Part shown: piece by piece, positions 10,577-23,393 of the stretch
Layout of the letters: every line of letters begins with the position of its first letter
Position numbering within the stretch: position 1 is the stretch's first letter
Assembly: GCA_963764725.1 (NCBI GenBank)
Contig: CAVXTM010000010.1
Span: 160,001-224,000 of the forward strand
Direction: 5' to 3'
From: an uncultured Gammaproteobacteria bacterium
Lineage (GTDB): Bacteria > Pseudomonadota > Gammaproteobacteria > JACCXJ01
DNA length: 64,000 nt
Made by a program: the position numbers and the translations under genes
Notes under the pieces: generated by a model
What the model was told of the DNA's origin: nothing
Seen by the model: only the letters and a program-made list of their open reading frames with translations
Database searches by the model: none

Positions 10577-11614
10577 TCAATGGAGTCGGTCTAGGGCCGC
10601 CATCACTCGCTCGGGTTCGAGCCTTCTGAGGCAATCGAGGTGACCCAAAGGGCAGATCGGTTTAAAGCAAGGACTGCACGGAAGCCCTAAGTATTCGATT
10701 CGGGCATCACGGTTCAGGGGAGGGGTAAAACGCGGATCTGAGGATCCGTACACTGCGACGAGGGGGCGATTGAGTGCCGAGGCCACATGCATTAAACCCG
10801 AATCATTGCTCAGTACGGCGGAGGCCAGGGAGAGCAGATCCATAGCTTCACCAAGAGTGGTACGTCCGGCTAAGTTTACACAACCGCCACCCGCGCCCTC
10901 GCAAACCCCGCGGGCCGCTTCTGCATCCCGTACCGAACCGAATATCCACACCGCCCAACCCTGAGCCCGCTTGCGTCGCGCGATCTCGGCAAAATATTCC
11001 GGCGGCCAGCGCTTGGCTGGCCCAAACTCAGCCCCGGGGCACAGAGCGAGCAGGCGCTCAGGCCGCTCCAGTCCCAGGGTTTGGAGGCTGCGCGCCACAG
11101 AGCCCGGGTCTATTCGTAGATCAGGTAGCGGAAAGGTTTCAGGAAACGTGGCACCCGAGGGCAGGCCCAGAGCCACGAAGCGCTGTACCGTCATCGTTAA
11201 ACGGCTATTATCCAAACGCCGCACGTCATTGAGCAAGCCCCAACGCCCCTCGCCCAGGTAGCCCGTGCGGCGCGGGATCTGGGCCCAAAAAGGCACCAAG
11301 GCCGATTTAAAAGAATTGGGCAAAACGATGCTCCAGGTATAGCCCAAGGCTCGCAAACTCCGCCCCAACCGATAACGCCCCGCAAGCTTAAGCGCGCCGT
11401 GCCCCCAGGGAAGTTCCCGAGCCGTGCGCACCTCCGGCATGCGGGCGAGCAAGGGCAAGCTCCAAGCCGGGGCAAGCACGTCGATGGCAAGATCGGAATT
11501 CTGTTCGAACAGCAGGCGAAACAAGCTCTGCGCCATGACCATGTCCCCAACCCACGACGGGCCGACGATGAGGATCACGGGTGCCGCCGGCCGGCGGAAA
11601 GCAGTGAGCCGCAT
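10577..11614 (-). CDS. waaF: LPS heptosyltransferase II
   Basis: ILIVGPSWVGDMVMAQSL, LPNSFKSAL, CPGAEFGPAKRWP, NDSGLMHVA, CSPCFKPICPLGH. Confidence 0.93.
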   Translation of the reverse strand: MRLTAFRRPAAPVILIVGPSWVGDMVMAQSLFRLLFEQNSDLAIDVLAPAWSLPLLARMPEVRTARELPWGHGALKLAGRYRLGRSLRALGYTWSIVLPNSFKSALVPFWAQIPRRTGYLGEGRWGLLNDVRRLDNSRLTMTVQRFVALGLPSGATFPETFPLPDLRIDPGSVARSLQTLGLERPERLLALCPGAEFGPAKRWPPEYFAEIARRKRAQGWAVWIFGSVRDAEAARGVCEGAGGGCVNLAGRTTLGEAMDLLSLASAVLSNDSGLMHVASALNRPLVAVYGSSDPRFTPPLNRDARIEYLGLPCSPCFKPICPLGHLDCLRRLEPERVMAALDRLH

Positions 11615-11850
11615 AAAATCGGCCGATCGCCGTCCCAAAACATCATTCCTCTCGTCGGTATCATATGGCAGTGCCGGTTTTTTTTGGTATTTTAGCAGAA
11701 CTGGCTGCCGCCGGCGGACGGAATTTTCCAATCCGAACCGAACCACAAGGTTTCGTCGCGCGAAAGAACCATCGCTGGATGATGAAGCTGGCAAAGTATT
11801 TCGGCTGCCGGTTCGACAAAAAACATTACCGGCTGGTGCGTTGAGATTCT

Positions 11851-12648
11851 TCAGGCCGCTTCTTCGCGGGCGCGGCGCTTTTTGTAAACCTTGCAGACAT
11901 TGCGGTAGAAGGTCTGGTTGTAAAGCCGGTGGAGCAGAAAGTTTGGCTGGAGTTCGCTCTCATATTTGTCGAACGAGGCGACCTTGTCCGTCGGCGAAAA
12001 TCCGGTCTGCGCACAGAATTTCGGGAAGATTTCCTTCACCGCAAAATCATAAAGCTCCAGGTCGAGCCGGTTCATTTCGCGCGTCATTTCCACGATGCGG
12101 CAGTCATTTTCGAGGGATTTTTTGATGGAACTGTCGCGGGCCGTGACTTTCCGTTTGTAATTCAGGTTCAGTTTGCAGGGACAGATTTTTTCAAGCATGT
12201 GCAGCGACAGATCGAATTTTTCCGTGAGGCCGATGAAGTTGAATTTTTCCAGAACCATTTTTGCCCGGCCCAGGTCGGCCTTGCCAGCCAGCCGCTTTAC
12301 ATGGATATTTTCCAGCACTTCATCTGAGCGCAGCATCTCCTCGAACGTCAGGGTTTTCCCGCCGCGCAACACCTCGTCCTGATAATGCGAAAAGACGCGG
12401 GCGACCGGCTCGCGGAGAAAGGTAATGTAAAACGGGTCCGGCACGGAAAAGCGCAGCGGGTCGGTAAGGTTTTCGCCCGCGATGCTGCGGAGCCATGGGA
12501 AAAGCTTACGGGTGAAATCCAGATCGCGCTGATCCACGACCTGCTTGCCCAGGTGGCCAAGGTGGCAATGGGTGATTCCAAGACTGTTTTCCAGAATGAA
12601 TTGAAAAGTCGTGCCGGCAGTCTTCGGGATGTGCAGAAAAAATAACAT
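11851..12648 (-). CDS. Sulfotransferase family 2 domain protein
   Basis: FLHIPKTAGTT (PAPS loop), TFLREPVARVFSHY, IGLTE, NRLDLELY. Confidence 0.85.
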   Translation of the reverse strand: MLFFLHIPKTAGTTFQFILENSLGITHCHLGHLGKQVVDQRDLDFTRKLFPWLRSIAGENLTDPLRFSVPDPFYITFLREPVARVFSHYQDEVLRGGKTLTFEEMLRSDEVLENIHVKRLAGKADLGRAKMVLEKFNFIGLTEKFDLSLHMLEKICPCKLNLNYKRKVTARDSSIKKSLENDCRIVEMTREMNRLDLELYDFAVKEIFPKFCAQTGFSPTDKVASFDKYESELQPNFLLHRLYNQTFYRNVCKVYKKRRAREEAA

Positions 12649-12977
12649 CTGATGCTGTTGCTGGCTCAAATTAAGCCTTGGAGATTGGTTAAAGCCGCAG
12701 CGTTCGGCAACCGATTTATCCCAATACTGCCTCGCACGCGGTGACGACTTCGCCGGGACGGATGCTGGCAATATTTCAGTCAACCGCCGGCGCAGGTTGT
12801 GGCTTTTTGGTATTTTAGCATCCGGATAAGCTCCGCACGGTTTTGTACGGCCCGAAAATTTCTCGATCCTGGCGTGTTTGACAGCTAACAGGTCCAGTCG
12901 TATCTTCCCTTTTGAACTGAAGGCCTTTTAATATCCCTATTCCCGGGATTGTCCGATATTTGGCCATAAAAAGCTTT

Positions 12978-14085
12978 ATGAGCTGCAGTTCCGAACTTTC
13001 CCGAAAGCGCTGCTCCAGGCTAGTAAACCGCCACGAAAATCCTCGCCATCCATTTTAAATATCTGGGCGATGCAGCCATTGTCACGCCGGCGCTGCGGGC
13101 CGTCAAAGAGCATTTCCCGCATTGCGCTTTACACGTGCTGACGCCGGCGGAGTTCGCGCCCATTTATCAATACCTGCCCTGGCTGGATAGAGTCTGGGGT
13201 GTGCCCCGATCGCGCGGGCACGCCCGACCCAAAGAAACCTGGCCTATCATCCGTGCGCTGAGGCGGGAGCGGTTCGATCGCTCGGTCGATTTTGTCGGCA
13301 ATGATCGCGGCGCCATTTTAAGTTTGCTTTGCGGCGCGCGGCAAAGGCTCGGTCCCATTGCCGCCGGCGGGTTCTTCGGACGTCGGTTTTGCTACACTGA
13401 GCGTATCCACGAAAGGAGTCTCGATCCAGCCTGGGTGCAGAGGCACCTACAAGTGCTCGCGGTCTGGGGTGTTCAACCGCCGCGCTCTTTGGAGATGGAA
13501 GTCCGCGCTGATCCGAAGCTGGGCCAGTTTGCCGAACAACTATTGCCGGACAAAAAGATTGTTTGTCATCTCGCCACCGGACAGGCGAAGAAGGACTGGC
13601 CGATTGCATGCTGGGCGGGCTTTAATAAATTGGCTTCCGCTGCCGGCCTTGAACTTGTCTTTATGTCCGGCAACAGCGCGCGTGAACGTTTGTTGCTGGA
13701 AGCGCTGCGCAAATCGGCGCCGGGCATCTCCGTCCTGCCGGTGCTGCCGGATGTCGCCGCGTTGCTGGCCGTGTTGAAGCGGGCCAGACTTTTCATCTCC
13801 GGCGACACCGGTCCCTTTCATTGCGCCGCTGGGTTGGGAGTGCCGGTGATCGGGCTATTCGGTACCGACAACTCCCTCGCTCATGCCGCTCCTTTGTATC
13901 GCTCAGAGCAAGTTATCCGAGGCGGTCCATGCACGTGCGACGGACATTCCTATACATGCTACAGCAGTCAGCCGTGCATGGCGGCCATTTCAGCGCATGA
14001 TCTGTTGCGGCGTGCGCAGCAGGTTCTAGCATCGGTCGCACAGCCAACTCAGGCGGTGACAGGCAGGTTGCACGATCGCCGCTAA
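12978..14085 (+). CDS. Glycosyltransferase family 9; possible frameshift at the extreme 5' end
   Basis: KILAIHFKYLGDA begins at 13036 just after an in-frame TAA (13024), and the ATG at 12978 is in another frame; FISGDTGPFHCAAGLGVPVIGLFG. Confidence 0.75.
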
Positions 14086-14735
14086 AATACAAATCGGTTC
14101 GGTTGCGGCGCACCATGAAGCTGCGGTAAATCCGTTTCGAACAGGCTTTCGCTGGTCCATTCGCTGGGTCCGGCGCGCGTAATGAGACGCGCGTCCATGA
14201 TCGGGGACTGCCCGACCACGATAAATAGCCGCCCCTTGAGTGTCAGTTGCTGCTGAAAATGCTGAGTTAAGATGGGTACTGATCCCGTTACCGCGATGAC
14301 ATCGTAAGGTCCCTCACAGTCACGGGTGTCAAACCCGTTACCTACGGCAAGCTTGACGTTGGTGATTCCTCGTTGCCCGAGGAGGATTTCAGCCCGCTCG
14401 GCAAACTCCGGATTAATTTCCAGGGTCGTCACCTGGCTCCCGAGCGTGGCGAGTAAGGCGGTTACATAAGCGCTGCCCGTACCTATCTCAAGCATACAGT
14501 CCTTGGGCTCGATGGCGAGCGCTTGCAGCATGCGAGCCTCAACCTTCGGGGCCATCATGAATTCCCCGGCGCCAAGCGGGATGCACATATCCGCGAACGC
14601 CAGTTGGCGAAACTCGACCGGAACGAACACTTCGCGCGGCACCTCGGTCAGCAATTCGAGCACGCGCTGGTCCAGCACTTCCCAGGGCCGGATTTGCTGC
14701 TCAATCATGTTGAACCTCGCTTGCTCGACATTCAT
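14082..14735 (-). CDS. pcm: Protein-L-isoaspartate O-methyltransferase
   Basis: ARFNMIEQQIRPWEV, LEIGTGS, LFETD. Confidence 0.9.
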   Translation of the reverse strand: MNVEQARFNMIEQQIRPWEVLDQRVLELLTEVPREVFVPVEFRQLAFADMCIPLGAGEFMMAPKVEARMLQALAIEPKDCMLEIGTGSAYVTALLATLGSQVTTLEINPEFAERAEILLGQRGITNVKLAVGNGFDTRDCEGPYDVIAVTGSVPILTQHFQQQLTLKGRLFIVVGQSPIMDARLITRAGPSEWTSESLFETDLPQLHGAPQPNRFVF

Positions 14736-14821
14736 AACAGGCGACGGCTCTTGGAATTGGGGTAGGTTTCAAGCGGCTTGCACAACTTGGATTTTATTAT
14801 ATAGTGTGCTCTTACTGTTCG

Positions 14822-14910
14822 CAGCTAGGGGTGCCCCGGATGCGTGACGCCGGGCTGAGAGATACCCTTCGAACCTGATCCGGTTAGTACCGGCGTAGGG
14901 AAGCGCTACA
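14822..14910 (+). promoter_or_regulatory. TPP riboswitch
   Basis: GGGGTGC...GCTGAGAGATACCCTTCGAACCTGATCCGGTTAGTACCGGCGTAGGGAAG directly upstream of thiC. Confidence 0.95.
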
Positions 14911-14937
14911 GCTCGCCGAATCCCTACGCCTCCATGA

Positions 14938-16824
<1,887 letters not shown>

Positions 16825-16852
16825 GGCGTCGGTTTGCCAACGAATGCCGATC

Positions 16853-17617
16853 ATGTTTAAGCGCCTAAAAGAGGACATCGCCTGCGTATTCGAGCGCGAT
16901 CCGGCCGCTCGCACCTTTTTCGAGGTGTTGACCACCTATCCGGGGCTGCACGCCATTGTCATGCACCGGATCAGCCACCGACTCTGGAAGCGGCAATGGA
17001 AGTGGCTGGCGCGCATGCTCTCGCACCTCGGACGCTGGCTCACGGGCATCGAAATCCATCCGGGCGCTTCGATAGGCCGCCGCTTTTTCATCGATCACGG
17101 CATGGGGGTGGTGATCGGGGAGACCTCGGAGATCGGGGATGATTGCACTCTATATCACGGCGTGACCCTGGGCGGCACGTCGTGGAACAAGGGCAAACGC
17201 CATCCCACACTGGAAACCAATGTGGTCGTCGGGGCGGGCGCAAAAATCTTGGGACCCATTACCGTCGGTGCGCGCGCGCGCGTGGGTTCCAACACCGTGG
17301 TCGTGCGCGATGTTCCGCCCGGCGGCACGGTGGTGGGCGTTCCCGGACAGCTCGTCGTCCCGCGCGATGAGAAATCGAAGCAACGCGAAGAAACCGCCCG
17401 CAGGATCGGCTTCGACGCTTACGGCACGACCAAGGACATGCCCGATCCGGTGGCCAACGCGATCCACTCCCTGCTCGATCACATCCACGCGATCGAGTCG
17501 CAAATCGAAAGCCTGCGCAAGGCCATGGGCGAACAAGGGATCAATTTACCAGAGGCGTCCGGCGAGCCGGCTTCCGCCGAAGAAGCTGTTGTGGATCGGC
17601 GCGCCTCCCGTCCTTAG
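16853..17617 (+). CDS. cysE: Serine O-acetyltransferase
   Basis: [37 protein letters not shown]. Confidence 0.96.
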   Translation: MFKRLKEDIACVFERDPAARTFFEVLTTYPGLHAIVMHRISHRLWKRQWKWLARMLSHLGRWLTGIEIHPGASIGRRFFIDHGMGVVIGETSEIGDDCTLYHGVTLGGTSWNKGKRHPTLETNVVVGAGAKILGPITVGARARVGSNTVVVRDVPPGGTVVGVPGQLVVPRDEKSKQREETARRIGFDAYGTTKDMPDPVANAIHSLLDHIHAIESQIESLRKAMGEQGINLPEASGEPASAEEAVVDRRASRP

Positions 17618-17660
17618 GCGTGGTCATTTGAAACCTACACTGCGTTACTCGCGCGGCATA

Positions 17661-17685
17661 AAAGTTGACTAAATTACTCAGTTAT
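17661..17685 (+). promoter_or_regulatory. IscR type-1 binding site overlapping a TTGACT -35 box
   Basis: AAAGTTGACTAAATTACTCAGTTAT matches 22/25 of the consensus ATASYYGACTRWWWYAGTCRRSTAT, about 45 nt upstream of iscR. Confidence 0.8.
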
Positions 17686-17729
17686 GGGATGCTGCGTGTA
17701 GAGAAAGATTTAGCGTATAGGGTGACTAA

Positions 17730-18233
17730 ATGCGACTGACAACGAAGGGCCGGTATGCCGTGACGGCGATGCTCGACCTTGCGATTCACCAGGACGGCGG
17801 CCTCATCGCCTTGGCGGATATTTCTTTACGCCAGGGGATTTCGCTGTCCTATCTCGAGCAACTGTTTGCACGCTTGCGCAAGAGCGGGTTGGTCAAGAGC
17901 GCGCGCGGCCCGGGCGGGGGTTATCGGCTAGGCCGGACCGCGCAGAGTATATCGGTTGCCGAAGTCATAGGATCGGTGGATGAAAGCGTCGATGCGACGC
18001 GTTGCGCAGGCAAGAAAAACTGCCAAGGGAGTGAGCGCTGCCTGACGCATGATCTGTGGGAGGATTTGAGTCATGAAATTTACGAGTTTTTGAGTAGGAT
18101 CACCTTGGGTGAGCTGGTCAACAGGCGTAGCGTGCGTGCGGTTTCGGCGCGTCAAGAGAGCCAGATCCTGCGGCTGCAGGTGCCACTCACGCGCGCCGCG
18201 ACGTTCCGGAATCTTATAGAGCGTGAGGGTTGA
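17730..18233 (+). CDS. iscR: Fe-S cluster assembly transcription factor
   Basis: [35 protein letters not shown], three Cys plus His ligands (C..C..CLTH). Confidence 0.95.
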   Translation: MRLTTKGRYAVTAMLDLAIHQDGGLIALADISLRQGISLSYLEQLFARLRKSGLVKSARGPGGGYRLGRTAQSISVAEVIGSVDESVDATRCAGKKNCQGSERCLTHDLWEDLSHEIYEFLSRITLGELVNRRSVRAVSARQESQILRLQVPLTRAATFRNLIEREG

Positions 18234-18238
18234 GTACC

Positions 18239-18562
18239 ATGTCGATTATGCTGACCGAGCGGGCCGCATCCCACGTGAAGCGGTTCTTGGAAACTAAGGG
18301 CCAAGGAATCGGGCTGCGTCTCGGTGTGAAACCGACGGGGTGCTCGGGGTATGCGTACCAGATCGAGGCCGCGGAGAGTGTCGGCGCGGAGGACACGGTG
18401 TTCGAATCGAATGGCGTCACGCTTATCGTCGATGCGAAAAGCCTTCCTTACCTTTCGGGTACCGAGCTCGATTATGTGCGTGAGGGCTTGAATGCGGCAT
18501 TTAAGTTTCGGAATCCGAACGTGAAAGACACCTGCGGCTGTGGTGAAAGCTTTAACGTCTAG
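18239..18562 (+). CDS. iscA: A-type Fe-S carrier protein
   Basis: [21 protein letters not shown]. Confidence 0.9.
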   Translation: MSIMLTERAASHVKRFLETKGQGIGLRLGVKPTGCSGYAYQIEAAESVGAEDTVFESNGVTLIVDAKSLPYLSGTELDYVREGLNAAFKFRNPNVKDTCGCGESFNV

Positions 18563-18578
18563 AGCACCGAGGACACCA

Positions 18579-20027
18579 ATGGCCGCCAATACCCACGAAG
18601 TCGAAGCTCTGATCGGTAAAGAGTACGAAGCGGGCTTTTACACGGATCTCGAGGCCGATACGCTCCCGCCGGGACTGAACGAAGCGGTGATTCGGCTGAT
18701 TTCAAGCAAAAAGAACGAGCCCGAATGGTTATGCGAATGGCGGCTCAGCGCCTACCGACACTGGCTCACGCAGAAAGAACCTCGGTGGGCCACGGTGGTT
18801 CACCCGCCCATCGATTATCAGGGCATTTCCTATTATTCGGCGCCCAAGACCAACAAGGACGGTCCTAAGAGCCTGGAGGAGGTGGATCCGAAATTACTCG
18901 AGACTTACGAGAAGCTCGGGATCCCGCTGCACGAACGCGCGATTCTTGCCGGGGTCGCGGTCGATGCCGTCTTCGACAGCGTCTCGGTGGCCACCACGTT
19001 CAAAGAACGGCTCGCGGAGGCCGGTGTTATCTTCTGTTCTTTTTCCGAAGCGGTGCATAATCATCCCGATCTCGTGCGCCGGTATTTAGGATCGGTCGTG
19101 CCGGCGGGAGATAATTTCTTTGCGGCTCTGAATTCGGCGGTCTTCACGGACGGTTCGTTCTGCTACGTGCCGAAGGGCGTGCGGTGCCCGATGGAGCTGT
19201 CGACCTATTTCCGGATCAACGCCGCTAAGACGGGTCAGTTTGAACGTACCTTGATCATCGCCGACGAAGGCAGCCACGTCAGTTATCTCGAAGGTTGTAC
19301 GGCGCCCATGCGCGACGAAAACCAATTGCACGCGGCGGTGGTCGAGCTGGTGGCTATGGATAACGCCCAGATCAAATATTCGACGGTGCAAAACTGGTAT
19401 CCCGGGGATGAGAACGGCAAGGGCGGAATCTATAACTTCGTGACCAAGCGCGGGGAGTGCCGCGGCCACAACTCGAAGATCTCTTGGACGCAGATCGAAA
19501 CGGGTTCGGCGATCACCTGGAAATACCCGAGTTGCGTTCTCAGAGGCGACAATAGCAGCGGCGAATTTTATTCGGTAGCGTTGACCAATCATTACCAGCA
19601 AGCCGACACTGGGACCAAGATGGTCCACCTCGGCCGCAACACGCGCAGCACGATCATCTCGAAGGGGATTTCCGCGGGTCGGGGCAGGAACGCCTACCGT
19701 GGGCTCGTGCGGATCGCCAAGAGCGCCGCGAACGCCCGCAACTATACGCAGTGTGATTCGCTCCTCATGAGTGATCGCTGCGCCGCGCATACCTTTCCGT
19801 ACATCGAGGTCAAAAACCCGAGTGCGCGCGTGGAACACGAGGCGACGACCTCCAAGATCAGCGAGGATCAATTATTTTATTGCCGCCAGCGCGGCATCGC
19901 GGCAGAAGACGCAATCAATATGATCGTCAATGGTTTCTGCAAAGAGGTTTTCAAAGAGCTGCCCATGGAGTTCGCGGTGGAGGCCCAGAAGCTGTTAAGC
20001 GTGAGCCTGGCTGGGGCGATCGGCTGA
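18579..20027 (+). CDS. sufB: Fe-S cluster assembly protein SufB
   Basis: [38 protein letters not shown]. Confidence 0.97.
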   Translation: MAANTHEVEALIGKEYEAGFYTDLEADTLPPGLNEAVIRLISSKKNEPEWLCEWRLSAYRHWLTQKEPRWATVVHPPIDYQGISYYSAPKTNKDGPKSLEEVDPKLLETYEKLGIPLHERAILAGVAVDAVFDSVSVATTFKERLAEAGVIFCSFSEAVHNHPDLVRRYLGSVVPAGDNFFAALNSAVFTDGSFCYVPKGVRCPMELSTYFRINAAKTGQFERTLIIADEGSHVSYLEGCTAPMRDENQLHAAVVELVAMDNAQIKYSTVQNWYPGDENGKGGIYNFVTKRGECRGHNSKISWTQIETGSAITWKYPSCVLRGDNSSGEFYSVALTNHYQQADTGTKMVHLGRNTRSTIISKGISAGRGRNAYRGLVRIAKSAANARNYTQCDSLLMSDRCAAHTFPYIEVKNPSARVEHEATTSKISEDQLFYCRQRGIAAEDAINMIVNGFCKEVFKELPMEFAVEAQKLLSVSLAGAIG

Positions 20028-20056
20028 GCCGCCGCGTGGCCCGGCGCCTATTTGAC

Positions 20057-20809
20057 ATGCTGACGATCTCGAACCTGCATGTGTGTGTAGACCGGAAACC
20101 GATCCTGCGCGGGATCGACCTCGAGGTCGGCCCGGGCGAAGTGCACGCCATCATGGGTCCCAACGGGTCTGGGAAGAGCACCCTTGCCCATGTGTTGGCC
20201 GGTCGCGACGCTTACGAGGTCACGCAAGGGACGGTGGTTTATGATGGCGCCGATCTCCTGGCGATGCCACCCGAGGATCGCGCGCGCCGGGGGATGTTCC
20301 TGGCCTTTCAATACCCGGTCGAGATCCCCGGGGTCAACAACGCTTATTTCCTCAAGGCGGCTCTCAACGCGGCGCGCAGATACCGCGGCTTGACGGAACT
20401 TGACGCCGTAGAGTTCCTCAGTCTCGTCAGGGAAAAGATGAAGCTCGTTCATCTCGATGAAGCATTGCTCAAACGCTCGGTGAATGAGGGCTTTTCCGGC
20501 GGAGAGAAGAAACGCAACGAGGTTTTCCAGATGGCGGTGTTGGAACCGCGCCTGGCGATCCTCGATGAAACCGACTCGGGATTGGATATCGACGCCTTAA
20601 AGATCGTGGCGGAAGGAGTTAACCGCCTCCGGGGCGGTGATCGAAGCATTATCCTCGTGACCCATTATCAACGGCTCTTGAACCATGTCTTACCCGATGC
20701 CGTGCACGTTCTGTCGGAGGGCCGCATTATCAAGTCGGGTAAACGCGATCTCGCGCTCGAGCTGGAAGAGCGCGGTTATGATTGGCTTCGGCCAAAGGCG
20801 CTGGCATGA
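20057..20809 (+). CDS. sufC: Fe-S cluster assembly ATPase SufC
   Basis: MGPNGSGKST, FQYPVEIPGV, FSGGEKKRNE, LDETDSGLDID. Confidence 0.97.
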   Translation: MLTISNLHVCVDRKPILRGIDLEVGPGEVHAIMGPNGSGKSTLAHVLAGRDAYEVTQGTVVYDGADLLAMPPEDRARRGMFLAFQYPVEIPGVNNAYFLKAALNAARRYRGLTELDAVEFLSLVREKMKLVHLDEALLKRSVNEGFSGGEKKRNEVFQMAVLEPRLAILDETDSGLDIDALKIVAEGVNRLRGGDRSIILVTHYQRLLNHVLPDAVHVLSEGRIIKSGKRDLALELEERGYDWLRPKALA

Positions 20810-22131
20810 CTGGAACTATGCCCAGCCACTATGCGGAGGAGTTCGCTCGCGCCGAGGCGGGGATGATCGGTGCGGACAGCGGATGGTTCAAGGCCGCGCG
20901 CAGGCGAGCCATGACGCACTTTGACCGGATCGGATTTCCGACCACGAAGGACGAAGAATGGAAATACACCAGTGTCGCTCCGATCGAACGCCGGTCCTTT
21001 CGCCTCGCTGGGCATCCACGGAACGGCCTGGATGTCGCCGAGCTTGATCGGCTGCGGTTGATCGAGGCGCACGAATTGGTATTCGTCAACGGCTATTATT
21101 CGGCCCAGTTGTCGCGGCTTGCGTCCCTGCCGGCGGCAGTGAGCGTCGCGCCCCTGAGCGAGGCGTTGCCACAGGACAGCTTGCAAGAACACATAGAGCG
21201 GCAGGCGGAACAGCCCGGCAACGGGTTTGCGGCACTGAATGCCGCCCTCCTCAGCGACGGCGTGCATATACGCGTCGCCTCCGGGGTCACACTGAAGACA
21301 ATGCTACATCTGCTGTTTATCAGCACCGCGCCGGACGGCCCGACCGCCTCCTTTCCACGGGTATTTATCGAAGCCGGGGCGAACTCACGCGTGCTCATCA
21401 TCGAGCATTACGCCGGCCTCACCCCCGAGGAGTATTTCACCGACGCGCTCACGGAAATTAATGCGGGACCGGGGGCAACGGTCGAACACTACAAGTGGCA
21501 AATGGAGGGTGCGAGGGGTTATCACATCGGTCAGATGCTGGTTCATCAGCAGCGTGAGAGCCGTGTCACCTCCTATTCGGTATCGCTCGGGGCCGCGCTC
21601 GCCCGCCATGATATTGCGGTTAGCCTGGCCGGCGAAGGCGCGGGAGCGAGCTTAAACGGCCTCTATATGGCAGAGGGGCGCCAGCACGTGGATCACCATA
21701 CCAGCATCGATCACCAGCAGCCGCACACAACCAGCGCCGAATACTACAAGGGCGTGCTAGCCGGCCATGCGCGCGGGGTTTTTGACGGCAAGGTCGTGGT
21801 CCGTGAAGGCGCGCAAAAAACCGATGCGTGTCTGACCAATAAGAACCTGCTCCTCTCCGAGCATGCCGAGATGGACACCAAACCCGAGCTTCAGATCTAC
21901 GCCGACGACGTCAAATGCAGTCACGGCGCCACGGTCGGACAGTTGGACGAGGACGCCTTGTTCTATTTGAGATCGCGAGGGATCGAATACTCCCAAGCCG
22001 CAGCGCTTTTGACTTACGCCTTTGCCGATGACGTTGTCGCGCGCATCGCGATCGAACCGATGCGTCACGCGATCGAGCGTCATATCACGGCCCGCTTGCC
22101 CCACGCGGCGCTCGTTAAGGACCTTTTATGA
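20806..22131 (+). CDS. sufD: Fe-S cluster assembly protein SufD
   Basis: EEWKYT, KPELQIYADDVKCSHGATVG, FYLRSRGI. Confidence 0.95.
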   Translation: MTGTMPSHYAEEFARAEAGMIGADSGWFKAARRRAMTHFDRIGFPTTKDEEWKYTSVAPIERRSFRLAGHPRNGLDVAELDRLRLIEAHELVFVNGYYSAQLSRLASLPAAVSVAPLSEALPQDSLQEHIERQAEQPGNGFAALNAALLSDGVHIRVASGVTLKTMLHLLFISTAPDGPTASFPRVFIEAGANSRVLIIEHYAGLTPEEYFTDALTEINAGPGATVEHYKWQMEGARGYHIGQMLVHQQRESRVTSYSVSLGAALARHDIAVSLAGEGAGASLNGLYMAEGRQHVDHHTSIDHQQPHTTSAEYYKGVLAGHARGVFDGKVVVREGAQKTDACLTNKNLLLSEHAEMDTKPELQIYADDVKCSHGATVGQLDEDALFYLRSRGIEYSQAAALLTYAFADDVVARIAIEPMRHAIERHITARLPHAALVKDLL

Positions 22132-23393
22132 GCGCGCCTAGCTATTCGATTACCGCTGCGAACGACGTCGATCATGGGTCGGAGCTCGCGGCCCGGCGTC
22201 AAGACTTTCCGATCTTGGAACGGCGCGTACGCGGCCAACCGCTGGTCTATCTTGACAACGCCGCTACGACGCAAAAACCGCACGCTGTGATAGAGGCGAT
22301 TGCCCGCTATTATCGCGAGTGCAATTCCAATATCCACCGCGGGGTGCATACGCTCAGTCAAGAAGCGACCGAGCGCTTCGAGGAGGCGCGGGTCAAGGTC
22401 CAACGATTTATCCATGCCGCCCACAGCCACGAGATCATCTTCGTGCGCGGCACCACCGAGGCGGTCAACCTGGTGGCGCAGTCTTACGGGCGCCCGCGGT
22501 TGAAGCCCAAGGACGAGATTCTGATCACCGCGATGGAGCATCATTCGAATATCGTCCCCTGGCAATTGCTGTGCGAACAGACTGGGGCGGTGCTCAAGGC
22601 CGTGCCGATGAACGATGCCGGCGAGCTGTTGCTCGATGAGTATCTCAGGCTCCTCGGTTCGCGTACGCGCATGCTGGCGTTAACCCACGTCTCGAACGCT
22701 TTGGGGACCATCAACCCGATCCGGGAAATCATCGGCCACGCGCATGCGTATGGAGTTCCGGTACTGGTCGATGGCGCGCAAGCCGTGGCCCATATACCCG
22801 TGGACGTCCAGGCTCTGGATTGCGATTTTTACGCCTTTTCCAGCCATAAGCTCTTCGGCCCGACGGGAATCGGGGTGCTCTACGGTAAGACCGCGTTGCT
22901 TGAAGCTATGCCGCCCTACCAAGGCGGCGGCGACATGATCAAGAGCGTAACCTTGACTAAGACGCAATTTAACGATCTGCCCTATAAATTCGAGGCGGGA
23001 ACTCCTCACATCGCAGGCGCGATTGGTCTTGGCGCCGCCCTCGATTATGTACAGGAAATCGGTTTCGAGCCGATCGGCCGGCACGAACACGAGCTGCTCC
23101 GATATGCGAGCGAGCGGGTCGCGAGCCTTCCCGGGGCGCGGATCATCGGCACCGCGCGCGAGAAGGCCAGCGTGCTGTCGTTCGTATTGGACGGCATTCA
23201 TCCCCACGATCTCGGCACGGTGCTCGATTGCCAAGGGATCGCCATCCGCACCGGGCATCATTGTGCGATGCCGGTCATGGAGCGCTTCCACGTCCCGGCC
23301 ACTGCGCGTGCCTCGTTTGCCTTCTATAACACTCCCGGGGAAGCCGATCGCCTGTGCGAAGCCCTTCGGGATGCGCAGCGGATGTTAGGGTAA
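22128..23393 (+). CDS. sufS: Cysteine desulfurase
   Basis: YLDNAATTQKP, FSSHK, RTGHHCAMP. Confidence 0.96.
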   Translation: MSAPSYSITAANDVDHGSELAARRQDFPILERRVRGQPLVYLDNAATTQKPHAVIEAIARYYRECNSNIHRGVHTLSQEATERFEEARVKVQRFIHAAHSHEIIFVRGTTEAVNLVAQSYGRPRLKPKDEILITAMEHHSNIVPWQLLCEQTGAVLKAVPMNDAGELLLDEYLRLLGSRTRMLALTHVSNALGTINPIREIIGHAHAYGVPVLVDGAQAVAHIPVDVQALDCDFYAFSSHKLFGPTGIGVLYGKTALLEAMPPYQGGGDMIKSVTLTKTQFNDLPYKFEAGTPHIAGAIGLGAALDYVQEIGFEPIGRHEHELLRYASERVASLPGARIIGTAREKASVLSFVLDGIHPHDLGTVLDCQGIAIRTGHHCAMPVMERFHVPATARASFAFYNTPGEADRLCEALRDAQRMLG

